Source of the DNA: Methanocaldococcus indicus
GTDB lineage: Archaea; AGJL01; Methanococci; Methanococcales; Methanocaldococcaceae
Length of the DNA stretch: 64,000 nucleotides
Assembly: GCF_049554935.1 (NCBI RefSeq)
Contig: NZ_CP186926.1
Location: forward strand, 32,001 to 96,000
Direction of reading: 5' to 3'
Part shown: positions 33,930-44,985 of the stretch, piece after piece
Numbering within the stretch: position 1 is the first letter of the stretch
Layout of the letters: every line of letters begins with the position of its first letter
Made by a program: the position numbers and the translations under genes
Notes under the pieces: generated by a model
Databases searched by the model: none
The model's input: the letters and a program-made list of their open reading frames with translations, nothing else
What the model was told of the DNA's origin: nothing

Positions 33930-34859
33930 ATGGAGAAAATTAGAGGAGGTATCCACATAGCTGTTCAAGGTTATGAAGTGGATAGAATAACAGAAGTTCC
34001 AATAAAATGCAAAGCAGAAAAGGTTTATTTAATTTGTATGCCAGAAGATAAAGATTCAGAGAGAGGAAAATCATTTAAAAATATAATAACAAAAAGGTTT
34101 GAAGAAAACAATATTGAATATGAAATAGAAAATGCATATCTATTTGATTTAGAAGAAATTGCTAAAAAAATTAAAGAAATAATTAAAAAAGAAAGAGAAA
34201 ATTATCCTGATGCAAAGTTCTATATTAATTTATCTTCTGGCTCCTCAATTGGCTGTGTTGCTGGAACTATTTGCTCTATGATATTAAATAAAAAAGATTC
34301 TAAAATTATTCCTTATTATGTATCTCCTAAAAAAATTCTTGAAAATCTTACAGATGAAGAAATTAAATTATTAAAAAAAGAATATGGAGAATATTTACCA
34401 AGAACTTTTGGAGTTAAAGATGTTAAGCTTATATATCCTTTTGAAATTAAACTTCCAAGAGAGGAACTTCTAATAATTTTAAAGTATCTAAAAAGAGCTA
34501 AAAGAGGATTAACAATAAAAGAATTAAGTTTTTTAACAAGAGATGAAATTTTAGAGGAGTTAAGTGATGAAACAATTAAAAAACTCTTAAGAAAAGATAA
34601 AATTTCTCAACATACCATAAAAAAATATTATAATAAAATTAAGGAACTTAAAGAGATTATAGATGATGATGTAAAGAAAATTATTGAATGGAGGAGACAT
34701 AGTAGAGAGAGTTTTTCAGAACATAGTGATTTAGTTTGGATTAACAAAAATGTTGTTGAGAAACTTTTAGAGTGGGAGTTAATAGAGGTAGAAAAAATTG
34801 GTAGAAATAAATATGTAAAAATATCTGATAAAGGTAAGATGCTCCTAAACTATATATAA
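33930..34859 (+). CDS. CARF-like (DUF6293/HFX_2341-type) winged-helix transcriptional regulator
   Basis: IHIAVQGYEVDRI...AEKVYLI and YINLSSGS CARF-like motifs; C-terminal wHTH with LIEVEKIGRNKYVKISDKG wing. Confidence 0.75.
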   Translation: MEKIRGGIHIAVQGYEVDRITEVPIKCKAEKVYLICMPEDKDSERGKSFKNIITKRFEENNIEYEIENAYLFDLEEIAKKIKEIIKKERENYPDAKFYINLSSGSSIGCVAGTICSMILNKKDSKIIPYYVSPKKILENLTDEEIKLLKKEYGEYLPRTFGVKDVKLIYPFEIKLPREELLIILKYLKRAKRGLTIKELSFLTRDEILEELSDETIKKLLRKDKISQHTIKKYYNKIKELKEIIDDDVKKIIEWRRHSRESFSEHSDLVWINKNVVEKLLEWELIEVEKIGRNKYVKISDKGKMLLNYI

Positions 34860-34892
34860 TCCATTAGCTCCAAATAATTTAATTGTGGGAAT

Positions 34893-36056
34893 ATGAGGAT
34901 TGCTATTGTAACCTGGGAATATCCTCCTAAAGTTGTTGGAGGGTTAGCTATACATTGTAAGGGTTTAGCTGAAGGTTTAGTTAAGTTAGGTCATGAAGTA
35001 GATATTATTACTACTGACTACAACCTTCCAGAATATGAAAATATTAATGGTGTTAATGTATATAGAGTTAGACCAATTACTCACTCACACTTTTTAACTT
35101 GGGCTATTTTAATGGCTGAAGAAATGGAAAAGAAATTAGGTATTTTAGGTTTAGATTATGATGTTATTCACTGTCATGATTGGATGACACATTTTGTGGG
35201 AGCTAATATAAAACATCTCTGCAAAATGCCTTATGTGCAATCAATACATAGCACAGAAATAGGTAGATGTGGAGGTTTATATTCAGAGGACTCAAAGACA
35301 ATCCATACAATTGAATATTTATCTACATATGAATCTTGTCAAGTTATAACAGTAAGTAAAGCTCTAAAAGATGAAGTTTGCTCTATTTTTAATACACCTG
35401 AAGATAAAGTAAAAGTTATTTATAATGGGATAAATCCAGAGAAGTATGATATTTTTTTACCTGATGAGGAGAAATGGAGAATAAAAGAAAGCTTAGGAAT
35501 AATCTATGAAAAAGTTATACTTTATGTTGGTAGATTAACTTATCAAAAGGGAGTAGAGTATTTAATAAGAGCTTTACCAAAAATTTTAGAGAAACATAAT
35601 GTTAAATTAGTTATAGCTGGACATGGGGATATGAGAGGTTACTTAGAAGATTTAGCTAATAAATTAGGAGTTAGAGATAAAGTAATATTTTTAGGTTTTG
35701 TAAATGAAGATTTTTTAATAAAGTTATATAAAATTGCTGATGTTGTAGTTATTCCATCTGTCTATGAGCCATTTGGTATAGTTGCATTGGAAGCTATGGC
35801 TGCTTCTGTCCCTGTTGTAGTGAGTTCAGTTGGTGGTTTAAGGGAGATAGTTAAGCATGAATACAATGGAATTTGGGTATATCCAAAAAATCCTGATTCT
35901 ATTGCATGGGGAGTGGATAGAGTTCTATCTGATGAAGCACTTAGAAAGTATATTGTTGAAAATGCCAAGAAAGATGTATATACTAAATACAGCTGGGAAT
36001 GTATAGCAAGAGAGACCGTTAATGTTTATAAAATAGCTATTGATATGATGAAATAG
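34893..36056 (+). CDS. GT4 family glycosyltransferase
   Basis: WEYPP..VGG, HCHDW, VGRL..QKG and EPFGIVALEAMA motifs. Confidence 0.92.
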   Translation: MRIAIVTWEYPPKVVGGLAIHCKGLAEGLVKLGHEVDIITTDYNLPEYENINGVNVYRVRPITHSHFLTWAILMAEEMEKKLGILGLDYDVIHCHDWMTHFVGANIKHLCKMPYVQSIHSTEIGRCGGLYSEDSKTIHTIEYLSTYESCQVITVSKALKDEVCSIFNTPEDKVKVIYNGINPEKYDIFLPDEEKWRIKESLGIIYEKVILYVGRLTYQKGVEYLIRALPKILEKHNVKLVIAGHGDMRGYLEDLANKLGVRDKVIFLGFVNEDFLIKLYKIADVVVIPSVYEPFGIVALEAMAASVPVVVSSVGGLREIVKHEYNGIWVYPKNPDSIAWGVDRVLSDEALRKYIVENAKKDVYTKYSWECIARETVNVYKIAIDMMK

Positions 36057-36164
36057 TTTATAAAGAATTTTTATAATTTTTATTAAAAATATTATTAAGT
36101 AAATTATTATAGAAGATATAAAATAATTTAACATTTAATAGAATCTATTTATGGGGGATTGATT

Positions 36165-36749
36165 ATGGTTTTAACAAATAAAGACATGAGTGTAGATTTT
36201 ATAAATGAAATTATAGAAACTGGAAAAGAGATTTTAGATGAGCATCATGTTGCCTCTTTTAAAGCATGTTATCAGTGTGGAACTTGCACAGGAGCATGTC
36301 CAAGTGGTAGAGTAACAAGTTATAGAACAAGAAGATTGATGAGATTTGCTCAATGTGGAATGAGAAAATTTGTTATTGATTCTGATGATTTATGGTTATG
36401 CACTACTTGTTATGAATGTTATGAAAAATGTCCAAGAGAAGTAAAGATAACAGATATCATAAAAGTTATGAGAAACATTGCTGCAAGAGAAGGAAAAATG
36501 GCATTAGCCCATAGAAAAACAGCTCTTTATGTATTTAAAACTGGACATGCAGTTCCAATAAATGACCAAATAAGAGAAGTAAGAAAAAAATTAGGTTTAA
36601 GTGAGATTCCTCCAACAACACATAAGTATCCAGATGTTTTAAAGATTATGCAAGAAATTATGAGAGATTTAGGATTTTGTGATATGGTTGGTATATGTTA
36701 TGAAACAGGTAAGTTAGAAGAACCAAAATGGAAAGATATGTCAGAATAA
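36165..36749 (+). CDS. hdrC: Heterodisulfide reductase subunit C
   Basis: [12 protein letters not shown] and [13 protein letters not shown] motifs. Confidence 0.95.
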   Translation: MVLTNKDMSVDFINEIIETGKEILDEHHVASFKACYQCGTCTGACPSGRVTSYRTRRLMRFAQCGMRKFVIDSDDLWLCTTCYECYEKCPREVKITDIIKVMRNIAAREGKMALAHRKTALYVFKTGHAVPINDQIREVRKKLGLSEIPPTTHKYPDVLKIMQEIMRDLGFCDMVGICYETGKLEEPKWKDMSE

Positions 36750-36772
36750 AAAATTTTTAAGGTGAGATAGTT

Positions 36773-37660
36773 ATGGAATTCTTATTTTTCTTAGGATGTA
36801 TTGCACCAAATAGATATCCAGGAATTGAGAAAGCTACTTATGTTGCTATGGAAAAGTTAGGCATAAAACTTCATCCATTTGAAAAGGCTTCATGTTGTCC
36901 AGCTCCTGGAGTTTTTGGTAGTTTTGATTTAAAGACATGGTTGGTTTTAGCTGCAAGAAATCTCTGTGTAGCTGAAGAAAAAGAGATGGATATTTTAACA
37001 ATATGTAATGGATGTTATGGTTCTTTATTTGAAGCGGACCACATATTAAAAGAAAATGAAAGAGCAAGAGAGTTTGTTAATAGTGTATTATCAAAATATG
37101 GTATGGAATATAAAGGAACTATAAGAGTTAGACATCTTCCAGAAGTTCTATACTTTGATTTAGGTCCTGACTATATTAGAGAAAAAGTTGTTAGACCTCT
37201 AAATTTGAGAGTTGCTGTTCATTATGGATGTCACTATCTAAAACCAACTGATGTAAAACACTTAGAAAGCTCTGAAAGACCTAAATCCTTTGATGCTTTA
37301 GTAGAGGCATTAGGAGCAGAGTCAATAAACTACAAAGATAAAAATATGTGCTGTGGAGCTGGAGGGGGTGTTAGAGCAAGATTTTTAGATGTTGCTTTAA
37401 AAATGACTGAGAAAAAATTAATAGCTATGAAAGAAGCAAAAGCAGACTGTGTAACTGAGGTATGTCCATTCTGCCACTTGCAATTTGATAGAGGACAAAT
37501 AGAAATAAAAGAGAAGTTTGGTAGAGAGTACAATCTTCCAGTTATACACTACTCTCAATTGTTAGGTTTAGCTATGGGAATGAAACCAAAAGATGTAGCT
37601 ATGGACTTACACTTTATATCTTGTGACCCTGTTTTAGAAAAATTAGGTTTATTAGAATAA
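36773..37660 (+). CDS. hdrB: Heterodisulfide reductase subunit B
   Basis: CCPAPG, CNGC, HYGCH, CCGAGGG and CPFCHLQFD motifs. Confidence 0.96.
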   Translation: MEFLFFLGCIAPNRYPGIEKATYVAMEKLGIKLHPFEKASCCPAPGVFGSFDLKTWLVLAARNLCVAEEKEMDILTICNGCYGSLFEADHILKENERAREFVNSVLSKYGMEYKGTIRVRHLPEVLYFDLGPDYIREKVVRPLNLRVAVHYGCHYLKPTDVKHLESSERPKSFDALVEALGAESINYKDKNMCCGAGGGVRARFLDVALKMTEKKLIAMKEAKADCVTEVCPFCHLQFDRGQIEIKEKFGREYNLPVIHYSQLLGLAMGMKPKDVAMDLHFISCDPVLEKLGLLE

Positions 37661-37667
37661 AATTTTT

Positions 37668-38666
37668 TTAATTATTTAGATATTTTTTTAATTTTTCTAA
37701 TTGTTCTCTACTACCAAAGGCATATATAACATCCCCATAGTTAATAACTACCTCAGGAGGAGGACTTGTTATCATCTGATTTCCTTTTTTAATGGCTAAA
37801 ATTGTAGCACCTGTAAGTTCTCTAATTTTAGAATCTTTTAATTTTATACCATCTAACTTGTGATTTTTTACTACAAACCTTCTAATTTCCATATCTTCCT
37901 CTTCATTTGCTATTAGAGAATGAACAAATTCAACAATATCTGGATTTATTGCAATCTTAGCAATTTCCATACCTCCAACTACATAAGGACATATTGCTCT
38001 ATCTGCCCCTGCTTTTATTAGCTTATCTAATGTAGATGGTTTATCTGCTTTGGCAACTACATAGATATTAGGATTTAGTTTTTTAGCTGAGAGAGTAATA
38101 AACACATTTTCAGCATCTGTTGAGACAACAGATATTAATCCTTTGGCTCTCTCAATTCCAGCTTTTAGTAGTATGTCATCAGAAGTGGCATCTCCAACAA
38201 TACAAACTAAATCAGGATTTTTTTCAATAGCTTCATTAATTATATTTTCATTATTATCTACAATTATAAAAGGAATATTATTCTTTTTTAGTTTATCTGC
38301 AACTATTCTCCCTAATCTTCCATAACCACATAGTATATAGTGGTCTTTCATTTTTTTTATTTTATCTTCCATTTTTTTCATCCTATAATACTTTTTAAAA
38401 TGTCCTTCTATAAAAAAAGAGGCAATATTACCCATTGTATATGCAACAGTCCCAACTCCTAAGAATATATAAACAATTATAGACAGCTTTCCAAGAAATG
38501 TTTTAGGAGTATAATCTCCATATCCAACAGTAGATATAGTAACAACTGCTGTATAAAAAGATGTAAAAATATCCCATCCCTCAGTTATTGAAAGTACAAA
38601 AGTTTCAATTATTATTAATCCTATTAAGACCAATATTCCTAATTTTATCCTTTCAAGTGTTTCCAT
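37668..38666 (-). CDS. MthK-like potassium channel with an RCK domain
   Basis: TVGYGD selectivity filter, two TM helices, CGYGRLG RCK motif. Confidence 0.93.
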   Translation of the reverse strand: METLERIKLGILVLIGLIIIETFVLSITEGWDIFTSFYTAVVTISTVGYGDYTPKTFLGKLSIIVYIFLGVGTVAYTMGNIASFFIEGHFKKYYRMKKMEDKIKKMKDHYILCGYGRLGRIVADKLKKNNIPFIIVDNNENIINEAIEKNPDLVCIVGDATSDDILLKAGIERAKGLISVVSTDAENVFITLSAKKLNPNIYVVAKADKPSTLDKLIKAGADRAICPYVVGGMEIAKIAINPDIVEFVHSLIANEEEDMEIRRFVVKNHKLDGIKLKDSKIRELTGATILAIKKGNQMITSPPPEVVINYGDVIYAFGSREQLEKLKKYLNN

Positions 38667-39269
38667 CTATTCACTACTACAACATTTTTTGCAAGGTTTA
38701 TATCCAAGCTCCTTAGCATCTTCCTCTGAATAAAAGTAAATCTTATTTTTTATTCTTTTCCCATAAGGACAATTTATATCAACATGATAAGTTTTTCCAT
38801 ATTTTGATGCATATATATTAGTTGGATAAGGAGATAAATAAATATCTCTTTTAAAGTTATTTTTTTGAATTAACATAAAATTATTGATGTCATCTAAAAT
38901 AATCTCATATTTACCATTATACTCAGATACTTTTCCAACAACTTTAATTTTATCTCCTTCTTTTATAGATGGTGTATAATTTAAAATGTAATTTAATAAA
39001 TCTTTCCTAACATTACCAAAAACTATAATATCTAAATTTCCTGAACCATCATTAATAGTAATTTTGTATATATCAATGATATGTCTATAATCATCTCTTT
39101 TTACATACATTTTTTGAATATAGCCCTCTAAAACTACATAATCCCCTTTCTCTACTTCAGAAATTTTTTTGTATTCTGGTTTTATAGGATTCAAAAATAG
39201 GTAAGTAATAGAAACAATAGAAAGAATAGTTAGAGATAAAAGAATTATATTCTTATTGTTCAGATTCAT
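38667..39269 (-). CDS. Membrane-anchored OB-fold nucleic-acid-binding protein with a C-terminal Ada-like Zn site
   Basis: N-terminal TM; INDGSG...GDKIKVVGKVSEYNG OB-fold; YH...C...F.S.E.A...GYKPCKKC. Confidence 0.75.
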   Translation of the reverse strand: MNLNNKNIILLSLTILSIVSITYLFLNPIKPEYKKISEVEKGDYVVLEGYIQKMYVKRDDYRHIIDIYKITINDGSGNLDIIVFGNVRKDLLNYILNYTPSIKEGDKIKVVGKVSEYNGKYEIILDDINNFMLIQKNNFKRDIYLSPYPTNIYASKYGKTYHVDINCPYGKRIKNKIYFYSEEDAKELGYKPCKKCCSSE

Positions 39270-39801
39270 TAAACAACTCCTTTTTTAGTGGTTTTAAATG
39301 TTCTTCTAAGGTTTTTATAATTTTGTCTATTTCATTATAGATAGCTTCTTTATCAACATTTTCTCCTGAGACATATTTATTTAAATCTTTTATATATTTT
39401 GTCCTTGCAATAATATAGTTCAAATCATGGTCAATAACAACATTACCAAATAATGGAATTTTAAACATATTTTTAAAATCTGTTTGATACATTCTTATTA
39501 TATCTTCTGGCTCAACAATCTCATTTCTTAAAATAGCCTCAAACTCTAAAACTGTTTGAGAACCAAGGAGCTTAGAAGCTAATCCTTCCACTTTTCTTGA
39601 TACTGTTATTTTTAATTTGTAAAATACAGGATTATCCTTAAATTTAAATGTTAAAGAATGGTTATTTTGAGAATCTGACAAAATTTCAATTAAATAAGCA
39701 TTATTCTTATACATATAATTAATTAGAACTCCAATAAATATTTCATCAACTGCTTCATTAAGCTCTCTTTTGTGAGATAACTCTGATAAAAACTTAAACA
39801 T
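39253..39801 (-). CDS. Hypothetical protein (paralog of the upstream gene)
   Basis: GGTGA RBS, in operon; DEIFIG motif. Confidence 0.7.
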   Translation of the reverse strand: MFKFLSELSHKRELNEAVDEIFIGVLINYMYKNNAYLIEILSDSQNNHSLTFKFKDNPVFYKLKITVSRKVEGLASKLLGSQTVLEFEAILRNEIVEPEDIIRMYQTDFKNMFKIPLFGNVVIDHDLNYIIARTKYIKDLNKYVSGENVDKEAIYNEIDKIIKTLEEHLKPLKKELFNESEQ

Positions 39802-39808
39802 TTGATAA

Positions 39809-40330
39809 TCACCCAATAGTTAAGTAGGTTTTTAAAGCTGAGATTATTGAAGAAATATCTTTCTCTAACTGTTCATAGTTTATATCTAATGTCTCAAAGT
39901 CAATATATTTATTTATATCTAAATATAAAATTGTTGAGACATATAGATAATAATTTTCATATTCATAAGAAATAGTTCCAATATCTTCCAAACCTTTTGA
40001 AAGAGAGAGTTTTTTCATTCTACTAAAAATATCAGATAGTCCTTTAACTGGGATTCCATAAAAGAATTTTATTAAAGCTCTACATCCAACTGTCTTAGCT
40101 TCAACAACAGAGTGATTTTTTGTATAGATTGAGACTCCAAATTTTTCTCTGTCCTTTTCTAAGATAAATAAATGACTATTGGTATCTGAATAGATATTTA
40201 AAAGGATATATCCTTTATCTACTAATGTAGTAACTATTGCTCCAAAAAATATCTCATCCAAATAATTTGCTTTTTCTTCTTCTTCAACTAATTTATGGCT
40301 TTCTCTAACTAATTCTAAAAAATCTTTCAT
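39809..40330 (-). CDS. Hypothetical protein
   Basis: In operon; DEIFFG motif. Confidence 0.7.
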   Translation of the reverse strand: MKDFLELVRESHKLVEEEEKANYLDEIFFGAIVTTLVDKGYILLNIYSDTNSHLFILEKDREKFGVSIYTKNHSVVEAKTVGCRALIKFFYGIPVKGLSDIFSRMKKLSLSKGLEDIGTISYEYENYYLYVSTILYLDINKYIDFETLDINYEQLEKDISSIISALKTYLTIG

Positions 40331-40336
40331 AAATTT

Positions 40337-40807
40337 TCACCTAACTTCATGAAACTCCACTTTATAAATCCCATTAATCTCTAATTTAATATATGGATAA
40401 GTTATAACAGTTATTGCAAAATCTTTTGGAGGAACAACCCTATAATAAACATTAGCAGTATTATTGATTAAAGTTATATTTAGAACTTTGATTTTATAAC
40501 CCCCAGATGGTTTTTCCCCAAGATTTATAACAATAATAGTTTTATTATCTTTATAATAGTAGTAGTTTCTCTTTTCTTTTTCTCCCCAATATCCAAAAGA
40601 TAGAATTTTATAAGATAGATTCTTTACTATATTCTTCTTGCTTATTATGTCATTTTTTATTGTATTATTTATGGTTATGGTTGTATTTTTATTTATATCT
40701 TTGTTATTGTAGTTATAGATAATACTATTGTTATTTTTCTCAATAGTAGTGTTATTTACACATCCTGTCAATAATAAAAAAATTAATAATACAATTAAAT
40801 ACTTCAT
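40337..40807 (-). CDS. Lipoprotein with a PrcB-C-terminal-like domain
   Basis: Lipobox LLTGC, Asn-rich linker, LGEKPSGGY.I.V...P......VITYPY. Confidence 0.75.
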   Translation of the reverse strand: MKYLIVLLIFLLLTGCVNNTTIEKNNNSIIYNYNNKDINKNTTITINNTIKNDIISKKNIVKNLSYKILSFGYWGEKEKRNYYYYKDNKTIIVINLGEKPSGGYKIKVLNITLINNTANVYYRVVPPKDFAITVITYPYIKLEINGIYKVEFHEVR

Positions 40808-41604
40808 TTACCAAACCTTCTCTGTCTTCTTTGATAGTCTCTAATAGCTCTCAAAAAATCAATTTTTCTAAAAAATGGCCAATATACATCACAAAAATAT
40901 AGTTCTGAGTAGGAGCTCTGCCAAATTAAAAAATTGCTAATTCTTTCTTCTCCTGATGTTCTAATTATTAAATCTGGCTCAGGATGAGGTAAGTGAGAAG
41001 TATAAAGATGGTCATCAATTGTCTCCTTATCAATATCCTCTGGATTTAGTTCTCCTTTTTTAACTTTTTCAGCTATTTTCCTTACAGCATCTACAATTTC
41101 CTGTTGGCCTCCATAAGCAATTGCAATATTTACATAAAAATTGTTATAATTTTTAGTTCTCTCCTCTGCATATTTTATAGCTTCTTGCACATCCTTTGGC
41201 AGGAGATGAATTCTACCTATTGCCTTAACTCTAACTTTGTATTTGTGGATATCTTTATCATCAGCTATCTCATAAAATTTTTCTTTAAATAGTTTCATCA
41301 ATACATCAATCTCTTCCTTAGGTCTATTAAAATTTTCTAAGGAGAAGGAGTAAAGAGTTACTACTTTGATACCCAAATCTCTTGTCCATCTTAAAACTTC
41401 TTTGGCTTTTTCTGCTCCTAAATAATGTCCTTCATAGCTTTTTTTACCCAACATCTTAGCTGTTCTTCTATTTCCATCCATAATAATGGCTATATGTTTT
41501 GGTAAATTATTTTTGTCTATTTCTAACTCCAATTTTTTTTCATAAATTTTTAAAATTCCTAATTTTTTAATCTTATTGTATAAATTCAACATTATATTTT
41601 TCAT
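40804..41604 (-). CDS. uppS: cis-prenyltransferase (undecaprenyl diphosphate synthase family)
   Basis: HIAIIMDGNRR, FS.ENF.R and PDLIIRTSGEERISNFL motifs. Confidence 0.96.
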   Translation of the reverse strand: MKNIMLNLYNKIKKLGILKIYEKKLELEIDKNNLPKHIAIIMDGNRRTAKMLGKKSYEGHYLGAEKAKEVLRWTRDLGIKVVTLYSFSLENFNRPKEEIDVLMKLFKEKFYEIADDKDIHKYKVRVKAIGRIHLLPKDVQEAIKYAEERTKNYNNFYVNIAIAYGGQQEIVDAVRKIAEKVKKGELNPEDIDKETIDDHLYTSHLPHPEPDLIIRTSGEERISNFLIWQSSYSELYFCDVYWPFFRKIDFLRAIRDYQRRQRRFGK

Positions 41605-42317
41605 TTTAAACCCTTACAAAGAAATTTTACTGCATTGTAGTATCTCTTCCAGTTACCATTTCTACTTGTATCTATAAAATTAACTTTTTTATTTAATATT
41701 ATAGCTCCATATCCTTCTAAATTAAAAATTAAAGCTAAACATCTAAAAATTAAATTTCCAGTTATTCCATCAATAGCTATAATAACATTACATTTCTCTC
41801 TTAAATATTCTTCTATTAGTATTCCTTTATGTACTATATTTAAATCTTTTATTTCATTTTTTATTCTTTCAGCCTCTAAAATCGTTTTATCTATTACCTT
41901 TCCCCTACCTAAATCATCTAATCTTCCACCTGAAAGTAGTCCTATTTTTGGAGTAATATTTAAACTATTTAAAAAATTGGATGAATATTTAACAATATTT
42001 ATTTTATCTTTTATTCTCTCCTCTTTATTTTCTGATATCTCATCTATTCCAACAGGTGAAAGTAAAAAAATCTCATCTTTATAGAAGGGATTTTTTAATA
42101 TAGAAGCTCTATAAAATTTTCCTATTTTTTCTCTTAAATATAAAACTGTCTTAGATGGTAAAGAACCTCTAACAGCTCCAGAAATCTCTTTATTTAATAG
42201 ACTGTCAATAAGTTCCTTATAGTTATCAAACAGTTGAACTTCAATCCCTTCAGATTTTAACTTTTCATAAGCTTTTAAAACCTCTTTTTTTTTCTCTCCT
42301 AATCCTAATCCAATCAT
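41601..42317 (-). CDS. mtxX: Methanogenesis marker protein 4 (MtxX)
   Basis: AVRGSL, PVGIDE, SGGR..D.GR, DGITGNLIFR and DTSR motifs. Confidence 0.8.
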   Translation of the reverse strand: MIGLGLGEKKKEVLKAYEKLKSEGIEVQLFDNYKELIDSLLNKEISGAVRGSLPSKTVLYLREKIGKFYRASILKNPFYKDEIFLLSPVGIDEISENKEERIKDKINIVKYSSNFLNSLNITPKIGLLSGGRLDDLGRGKVIDKTILEAERIKNEIKDLNIVHKGILIEEYLREKCNVIIAIDGITGNLIFRCLALIFNLEGYGAIILNKKVNFIDTSRNGNWKRYYNAVKFLCKGLK

Positions 42318-43291
42318 ACTTCCACTGGGATTCCTAAGATGTTTCTTTCTCCTTTTAATATATCTTCTGCTATTAATGATAAACCTATTGCAGCACTCTC
42401 ACCATCTAAAATATATATTTCTCCATTTACAAATTTTTTTATTTCATTAGGAATATTAATATTGTCTCTATACACACCCACAGAGCCAGCTAATACTACA
42501 ATTTTTTTATCTAAAAGAGGTAATAAAGAATTTATTTCCATAGCTACACTTAAAATTAAGCTGTCTATTGCTAATTTACAATTTTCATCTTTATGATAAT
42601 TTTTTAGGATTTCTTCTTTTGTATTTTCAACTCCTAAATATCTTTTAGCTATTTTAACAGCTCCAGCTGTTGAGAATGCTTCATTTGCAGTTATTTCTTT
42701 ATTATCTATCTTTCTAATTAATTCTAAATCTATTGGTCCATGCAAAATACCTATTGCACCAATACAGGCATCAAAGCCTCCAAAGAATTTTTTATCTTTT
42801 ATTAATAGAGTTACTGTATTTGAAGAGATATCAGAAAGAACAAAATCATTTAAGTTAAATTTTTTGTGTGCATAGTATGCAATTCCAATTTTTTCAGGAG
42901 AGGATATGTGTGAATATAAAGCTCTAAATCTTCTGTCTAAACATTCTATTCCCCTATGTAATCCTGGAATGACAATAGTTGGAATATTTGAGTTTTTAAT
43001 TTCATCATAAACTTTTGTTCCACCACCAATCTTTTTTCCAGCTCCTTCAATAGACAAAACTCCTCTATTTTTTACTCTTTCAATAGGCAAGATTTTATTT
43101 ATTCCATCTCCCATAGAGTATGTTAAAGCTATTAAATCAATATCTCCCAAAGAAACATAATTTTTTAATTCCTCTAAAAAAGATTTTTTTAAAAGTTCTG
43201 TTCTCTTTAGCTTAAAAATTGTATAATTTTTATTTTCTTTAATACAGACAACAATTCCAGATGTTCCATGGTCTATTCCAACAGTTATCAT
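42314..43291 (-). CDS. Methanogenesis marker 12 protein (ASKHA-like fold)
   Basis: VGIDHGTSG, TYSMGD, GGGT and DISSNTV motifs. Confidence 0.8.
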   Translation of the reverse strand: MITVGIDHGTSGIVVCIKENKNYTIFKLKRTELLKKSFLEELKNYVSLGDIDLIALTYSMGDGINKILPIERVKNRGVLSIEGAGKKIGGGTKVYDEIKNSNIPTIVIPGLHRGIECLDRRFRALYSHISSPEKIGIAYYAHKKFNLNDFVLSDISSNTVTLLIKDKKFFGGFDACIGAIGILHGPIDLELIRKIDNKEITANEAFSTAGAVKIAKRYLGVENTKEEILKNYHKDENCKLAIDSLILSVAMEINSLLPLLDKKIVVLAGSVGVYRDNINIPNEIKKFVNGEIYILDGESAAIGLSLIAEDILKGERNILGIPVEV

Positions 43292-43410
43292 TAACTCACC
43301 ACAAAAAATTTTTAATAAATAAATCCAATAGAGTTAAAAAAAGAGTTTAGTATATGTTTCCTAACAAATGCATTAGTTTAACATAAATTATTTTTAGAAG
43401 CATATTATCA

Positions 43411-43524
43411 CTAAACTATATTTTGGGATTTATCATATTTTTCCAATAATTCCAAAATATTAATGTTACCACTAAAATGATTAATTATTACATTTGAATC
43501 AATAAACGCTTTTATAATCCCCAT
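43411..43524 (-). pseudogene. Truncated PIN-domain (VapC) toxin
   Basis: MGIIKAFIDSNVIINHFSG... stops after 37 aa; its start overlaps the end of the antitoxin gene. Confidence 0.75.
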
Positions 43525-43697
43525 TCCTCTTCAGCCTCTCTCATAGCTTTCTTAACATCTTCCTTCTTAAACTTTCCATAGAGTTTCATAACACTAATTT
43601 TTCTTTCAATTTCTTTCTTTATTTTTTTGGTAATTTCTTCAATGTCAATATATTTCAAATCCTTATCAGGAATCTCAATTTTTATAGTAATTTCCAT
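43512..43697 (-). CDS. Putative antitoxin (VapB-like), 61 aa
   Basis: MEITIKIEIPD...KLYGKFK...MREAEEEW; GGTGA RBS; lies directly upstream of the PIN remnant. Confidence 0.7.
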   Translation of the reverse strand: MEITIKIEIPDKDLKYIDIEEITKKIKKEIERKISVMKLYGKFKKEDVKKAMREAEEEWGL

Positions 43698-43740
43698 TTT
43701 TTCACCTAAAAATTTAAATGAAAGTAAAAAACAAAAATAG

Positions 43741-44976
<1,236 letters not shown>

Positions 44977-44985
44977 TATTTCTCC

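Noticed and set aside
27545-34890. Integrated mobile element or provirus carrying the helicase operon
   Set aside because: No integrase, transposase, tRNA target or flanking direct repeats were visible by eye
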